A stretch of 64,000 bases of DNA, from assembly GCA_951406725.2 (NCBI GenBank), contig OX597820.1:90086001-90150000 (forward strand). The letters are read 5' to 3'. Position 1 is the first letter of the stretch; every line of letters starts with the position of its first letter. Below the pieces are notes generated by a model. It was given only the letters and a program-made list of their open reading frames with translations, was not told where the DNA came from and did no database searches. Source of the DNA: Octopus vulgaris (taxonomy: Eukaryota). Both the position numbers and the translations under genes were made by a program. This document shows, in pieces, positions 57,427-64,000 of the stretch.

Positions 57427-57427
<1 letters not shown>
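57126..57427 (-). mobile_element. tRNA(Arg)-like-headed SINE, 3' variant C
   Basis: Minus-strand head GGAGGCGCAATGGCCCAGTGGTTAGGGCAGCGGACTCGCGG nearly identical to 19595; unrelated tail ending GTCACGTGACGTCACGTGAT. Confidence 0.9.
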
Positions 57428-57519
<92 letters not shown>

Positions 57520-59599
57520 TATATATACATATATATCTATATATATGTATTTGTATGTATGTATATGTATACACACACGCACATGCACACACACATATGT
57601 TGGAAACTGGAAATATACCTTAGGCGATATACGAAATTTGAATTCGTAGAATTCAATAAAGTTACTGAACTGCTGATAATAGTCTATGTAATTTAAGATA
57701 TTGCTGAAACCAGGACGCTTTTAAAAATAACTGTGTTTGGCCATCACTTCTAATGTAGGGGAAAATTACTAAGAGACAGGAGACGTAAAAGACCGATACA
57801 CATCCCTTAATGATTCCTGTATATATCTACAAATAGTATCAGTTCTGTTGTATTCTTTCTTATTATTTGCATAGTACCAGTAACAAATAAATCGCAGCAG
57901 ATTTTATACAATGGAAGTGAAAATAAGATTGATGCTTGTGTAATTGCTAGAACATTGGAACGTAATGAGGTGTTCTGTCTCCATGGATGAACTGTATTTA
58001 CTTCGATTCGTATTCTTAAATCTTTGTAAATGATGAGAATGCCCCTGACATGGGAATAATGTCTGCTGGTATTAATAGAGGAAGGTTTATAGTAGTTGAC
58101 AATCAAGCTTCATTTCAATAATTAAAATAAAATATGCTTTCTTCTAAATGTTAATCATTTTCATTGTTAATACATGTTATAAATGGTAATACAGTACACT
58201 GTTGTATAAATGGTAATACAGTACACTGTTGTAAAATGAGTCTGATTTATAATATTACGAAACACATAACCTTCATCATTATTCAAGTAAATGTATTACG
58301 AACGCTAATGAAAAGTGGTAAGTTCCAAACGATTAACTGGCCATCTAAATTTGTAGCCTTATTGCTTATTGCAATAGATAATTGCTTCCTTAAATAATGG
58401 CATTAAGATAAAGGAATACTTTAAGGAATTTAAAATGTTACATCTTATTATCCAACACATGATTTAGTCAATGGAACTCAGGGCATAATGGGATGGCCTA
58501 TGTAAAAACTAGTTTCAGAAGATATACCCCAGAAGATTTGGATAAATCTGCATCTAGAGCAAATCATTGTGAACTATCGCTCTTAAATACAGTTAAACTC
58601 AGCAACGGTAGCTAAAGAAAGCTTCGTTATATTTTCAATATCACGGAAGCTTACAACAGCGAAATCTATGATCGTTTATTATCAACTTAAATTTTTATGC
58701 CTTTACCAGTATTCTCTAAGCTCACGTAATATCTATCTTTAATATAATATTGACCCTTTATATTTAACTTAGTGTTTAAAAGCTTTAAAAAAAATCATTC
58801 TTATTAAGAAACAGGCATTCGTGTTAACCTTAAATCAGTGAGCAAGTAAATATGGCAAAAGGGTATTTAAAAGTGATTAGTACGCATTCGGAACGAAAAG
58901 TATTACAGAAACTAAAATACGCTCAAGAATAATTCAGAACTTTCTTGGATCACAGTTTCTAAACATGAAATATAGGCTTCAGACATAAAACAATGACACC
59001 GATAATACCACAAAGAAGTCAATCCTGGTTACAGTGGACTAGCCTAGACAGACATATAGTGGGTCGTTGTGGCTTAAATTTGAGATCCGACGAATTCACA
59101 AAAAGATTATGGAGAATTAGTTTCTTAGCAATTCGACTTAATCTCTTAGAGAAACATAAAAGGTTACGACAAAATAAGCTACATTGGATGCAGATAAACT
59201 AATCTCCGGGTAGATTATAATGAAAATGCAAGTGACATACAGAGCAAGTGCAAAGAATAATATTTACTCAACAACAGTAGGTATATGTAGTCAAAAATAG
59301 AGTGAACCACATGGTCTACTAGGCATTACTGGCATATACAAATTCATGAGTAATACATATTCAGTTTAAATTATCTTTATTTATAGCAATGAAATAAAAG
59401 TTAATGTACGATCAACCCCAAATTATTCATTTTTATATATTTACAGTAGATCATTTATATGTAAAAAAACAACAAATTATTATTATTCCTTCGTAAAACA
59501 GTGCAGGTAAAAATGCTCCGGAGTCTTTAGTCATCTGTCAAGTCACAAGGAAGTCAGACAGATAATACTTTACTTAAGATTTGTGCGTGCCCAATAAGG

Positions 59600-60215
59600 C
59601 TGCTTTTTTTGTCAGACATCAATCTTGCAAGGAATTTCCAGTTACCTTAGAAGTGTTGAAGTTTCAATGGGTTTGAGCCCATCGCTCCAATCACCACTGG
59701 TATCACTTTTACATTACCCTCTCGCATTCTATACAATCTTGCCATTTCCACTTTAAATTCGGAATACTTGCTGATTTTTTCAACCTATTTACTCAAAACA
59801 TTCATGTCATATGGTATGGCTACATCAATGATCAATGACAGTATTTGTCTCTCTTATTCAATATGATAATATCCGGCCGGCTGTGTTCGATTACACGATC
59901 CGTCTGAAAATCTTAGTCCCAGTTACTTTTCCATCTACCGGCATAACTTTACGTGGTACATGCTCATACCAGTTCTCTGTTACTGCATATTGCTATTTAC
60001 AGCATAAGAGCCAATGAAGATACACACACACTTCATTGTGGCGGCGTTTGTTTGTATTCATTTTATGCAAGGCTCTCACATCCACTTACCAAGTGCGTCA
60101 TATTTTCCACACACTTTCCACAGAGTCTGAATTTCTGGGTGTCAAAAGCTTTATAGATGTTATACTTTACTGAATTAGTAGCGAGAGCCTGGTCTTGTCC
60201 AGCAATGATCAGTCG
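59600..60215 (-). mobile_element. R4/Dong-type (RLE) non-LTR retrotransposon 3' fragment
   Basis: RLCGKCVENMTHLVSGCESLA (CCHC position), RRHNEV, WYEHVP, RPDII, IDVAIP, EKISKY, PVVIGAMG. Confidence 0.85.
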
Positions 60216-60286
60216 TAGTGTATGCATATATATATATATATAATAGTGTATATACATATGTAGACAGGTAAAAATTCACCACTTAC

Positions 60287-60292
60287 CTCCAT
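60287..60292 (-). CDS. Candidate first coding exon end (ATG GAG | donor)
   Basis: acaacATGGAG|gtaagt: good Kozak context directly followed by a consensus donor. Confidence 0.35.
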
Positions 60293-60649
60293 GTTGTCAA
60301 ATAAATGGATTAACTCTCAACACAATACACTTTTTTCTCGACTAAATATTTTCAGCTTTATACCAGCGTTTTAGGAAAAGAAAACAAAATTCTTTCGCAG
60401 CCAAACTAACTTTTGTGTGAGTGGGAGAGAGAGAAAAATAAAGTTGTTTCTCTACAAAGAAGCGATTAAACAAATATATCTTAATACTTAGCGACATTAC
60501 GTCCGTCTTTATGCCGAGGTCGACTTTGCTTTTTATCCTTCCCAGTCAATGAGATCATTACAAGTGGGCAACAGGTGTCAATGTGATCGAATTTCCCCTT
60601 CACCCAAAATTTTATCAGTATTGATTTCATCAGTATTCATTTCGAACTA

Positions 60650-60905
60650 TGGCACAAGAAAGCAATTCTACGGTTGGGGTGGGGTTAAATCTATTACCCC
60701 GACCCCAGTGCTCAATTGATAGTTATTTTATCGATCCTGAAGGGATGAAAGGCAAAGTGAACCACGGAGGAATGTGAACTCCAAACATAAAGACGGTCGA
60801 AATGCCGCTAAGCATTTTCTCCGCCGTGCTAAAAAGTCGGATTGTTTGCGTGCAATTAAGTACCCTGACCTCCTTGGCCGTGCTAATGATCCACTAGCTC
60901 GCCGC
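60650..60905 (-). mobile_element. Older core-bearing SINE copy
   Basis: GATGAAAGGCAAAGTGAACCACGG...CCGCTAAGCATTTT block. Confidence 0.75.
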
Positions 60906-61299
60906 CTCATCGTTCTTATTAATATCTCAGCAATTTCTTATTGGGTGATTTCACTGCACAAATGGGGACAGATGTGTGCACCTGCCCTCTTAATTCTTTT
61001 CTTTGTTTTTATTATTGCCCTTGTATAATTCCCAAATCGAAGGCTTACCGTTCACATTTACTCTGATTGTTTTGCTTTTCTAGACAGTACGTGCTTGAAG
61101 TATGAAATAACAATGGACCGCCATGTTTTTCTATTCCAAGTACAGTATTACATATAATTTTTTCTATGCATTGATATATTTTTTCTGTATGCTGTCTATC
61201 TATTATGGGGTTTGTGTAAATGTCCATATATTTTAGAATTTTCCCTTGCCAATTATAGCGACTAGATATATTTTTAATCCTCACTTCATAATTATCATA

Positions 61300-62400
61300 T
61301 TTATATTGTTATATTTAATTAGTTTCTCCATTTCTTTATAAAAATATCTAGTCATCTGTAGCTACGTTTCTATTTTGTTTCTGTGAAATAGATCTGAGAT
61401 GATTAATATTTCCACACATATACTATCCTGGCTGTCTGCCCTCCACAGTCATACTAATTTCCCCCTCAGTTCCGATCTTCTGAATTTATGTGGAGAGAAA
61501 GTGTGGTTCCAAACCAGTTCTCTTGCCTCGTTCTATTAATACCAGTAAAGTGTCACTTTCCACCAACGTAATGCATGCCGATATCCATCCCAGAAGTAGA
61601 TCTGGTGAGACTCCTAATAGTGTTACCATTATCAACCTATTTGTTAAATATAAGAGGATTAGAGGAAGGTCCTTGTCGAGACAGCTTGTCACTAACTATT
61701 GCATTGTAAGGGTCTCAGTCATGAGTAGGACCTCAAACTTCCCTTCAGGCGATGACTATTTAATTCCACGCAACGATAAATGACTGTCTTCCGTACAGTT
61801 TAAGGAAGGGCACCAGCCTTCCGCCCCATAGCGAATGTTTCTAAATCGAACGGTGGGTCATAAATTTGTCTTTTACACATTTTTCTGTGGGAGAATTTAT
61901 AATCATTTTTGTGGAAATTACGCCAGCAAACTTCTTGCTAATAGTTTATATTTTGTCAATGTTATTGCCTTCACCATTATTATTGTTGCTGCTGCTATAG
62001 CTGTTACTGGTGAAGTCGAATGTTTCCTCCTCATTACGGCCGTTCTTGTATATTTTAGAGGTGGTTCTGCTTCTGTTTGTTTAGTGATGACGGCGGTAGT
62101 AATGCACATTTGTCTACGAACATTTTTGTCTTACATATTGTTCCTCCGGTTGCAAATGTTGTTGTTGCAATAGCCGTTGTTGTTGTAGCTGTAACTGTTC
62201 ATATTCATGTTGTTTTTGTTATTGTTGCTGTATTTGTTGTAGCTGTACGCATATTTGTCTGGTCTGTTTATTTTTCGGTAATTCTGCCTATGATAGTCAA
62301 GCTAGCTGTATTTGAGCTAGCATCGATTCTATTAAGTGTCATTGACAGCAGAATATTTTTTTCTTTCTACAACAATTTAGTTGAATGTGGTTTGGTTTAA
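61300..62400 (-). mobile_element. Probable LINE ORF1 (gag-like) remnant
   Basis: MVTLLGVSPDLLLGWISACI and MTVEGRQPG*YMCGNINHL (degenerate CCHC knuckle); low-complexity N-terminal part. Confidence 0.4.
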
Positions 62401-62429
62401 ATAGGTGGCCGTTCACATTGTACAGTGTG

Positions 62430-62900
62430 GTTGTCAAATCCCGGAACACAGGACCAAAATTGGTTACCGTGGGGACAGCCGCCAAGTTTTAGTGGTCAAA
62501 CCTATCGGAAGCTTTCGATTGATCTAAGCTGAGAAAGAGATTGCCCAGAGAAGTTCGTAATCAACCTTCTCTATAATGTATTGCATACGGTGTAGATTGT
62601 CGTACACGCGTTGGAAATAGCTCATGTTGAGCATCACTGATTTTCAACCACAAGAGCAAAATTTCTCCGCTAACCCCATGACCAAAAACGAAATCTGCAT
62701 TTAGTAAAGTTATGAACCAAACTTATCGATGTGAAATCCCTTGTTCGCGTTCATTCTTAGCAGTGAAACCACTGCTTGTCTCAAAAGAATTGAGGATTCT
62801 TCTGCACCTCTCACATATGCAGTGGATATCTGCCGATACTTTTTTATGATTTATATGCGCGACCCTTCTATAATGTATATGTATGCCCCAGTATAGCTGG
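62430..62900 (-). mobile_element. L1/Tx1-clade RT fragment
   Basis: ITLLNAD ... DNLHRMQYI ... LSLDQSKASDRFDH ... FGPVFR. Confidence 0.8.
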
Positions 62901-63489
62901 CATCTAATGCCTGAAACAAATAAATGATAAATGATAAAAAATACGAAATAATATTCCCATTGTCAAACATGTATACTGTAACATATTTTTGTTGAAATGC
63001 CATTATTTTTACCATTCTTTAAAATTTATGTTTGTTAGTTAATTAATATTCTTTTTAGCTGTCGTATATTTCTGTTTCTTTGGAGCTCTTACTCATTTCC
63101 CCTTGATATATGAGAGGGAAATTCGGCAGGAAAACGGCATCTTTAACTTGAGTGCTTTACTCTTTTGGAGGATATTACGGTCAAGAGTAGATTTCAGTCT
63201 TCCACAATTCATTTGAAAATTCCTATAATATAAATCCTAATATAAACACTTTTTTATGCTGCTCATACCTGCTAGAAGCGAAGACATGTCGATCCATTCG
63301 ATAGAAAGTTTGACTATGTTTATAAAAATCAAATCAACAAGCAAATTGCTGATGGGTGCTAATGCCTGCCAATAAGATAATATTTCATGAGGTTCACGCA
63401 GAAGAGCGAAAATCCAAAAATAAAGGTTCTATTCATTCTCAATACGTTGTGCAAAATAGGAGTATGAGTATCTGAAAGGTGTTTATTTT

Positions 63490-64000
63490 CCCTGTCATCG
63501 AAGTCTCCAGGTCATCAAAAGCAATATGAGCATGAACACGACTTATTAATCCAGCACATGAACAAGCTGAGATACCACAATATGAAGAATGGTTGTTTGC
63601 GCGAATACACTTGTTCTCTTGATTTTGTTGCCTATTTTAGTTGAGCTATCAAGTCTCTTTATATTTTTCATGATATTATTTTATGGCCGGCTTTAGTCTC
63701 ATTTTTTTCTTATTACAAACCATAACATGGTCATACCAGCATAATCTCTAGATGGCCTTTAGAAAATCACGTAGTACATCAAGTAACCATGATGATACCA
63801 TGTTATTTTGTTTTTATTGGACTGTTGCAAAAGTGTATTGGTAACAGAAAGTCCAAACTCACTGCAAAAAATCATAGTCCATTTGAATTCATTTTGCCAA
63901 GACCATGTTTACCAAGAATATTTGGCCACAATTAATTTGACCAGACACGCGCATTAAAATCTCCCAACAGAAGAATTTTATCTTTATTGAGAACTCGGTT
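63490..64000 (-). mobile_element. RTE/BovB-like LINE: APE endonuclease joined to C-terminal zinc finger
   Basis: DKILLLGDFNARV..WPNILGKHGLGKMNSNG / CSEFGLSVTNT..KITWYH, then CGISACSCAGLISRVHAH. Confidence 0.78.

Noticed and set aside
58178-58231. 27-bp tandem duplication
   Set aside because: Ordinary slippage duplication with no sign of function.
58440-58740. PIF1/Helitron helicase-like DLVNGTQGI
   Set aside because: Single short motif; the expected downstream helicase motifs are not recoverable.

Overview
AT-rich, microsatellite-dense animal genomic DNA; the SINE families and repeat content point to an octopus (inference, not a database result). Most ORFs in the supplied track are simple-repeat artefacts. 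The window is mostly intronic/intergenic sequence filled with transposon remnants: Tc1/mariner (including a 1.8-kb IR/DR-type element), hAT, Merlin, a non-autonomous Helitron, MITEs, Penelope-like pieces with hammerhead-ribozyme (HHR) cores, LINE fragments (RTE, CR1-like, R4/Dong, L1/Tx1) and three tRNA-derived SINE families. One host gene is partly visible on the minus strand: two spliced terminal exons (6078-6163, 3678-3780) encode the C-terminal half of an SMI1/KNR4 (SUKH) domain resembling FBXO3, but the frame stops where FBXO3 continues into ApaG. The most unusual items are a ~460-bp fold-back element with an HHR core in each arm (45401-45863), several other minimal HHR motifs, and one SINE head joined to three unrelated 3' halves. 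All family calls come from manual motif reading, and boundaries of degenerate elements are approximate.
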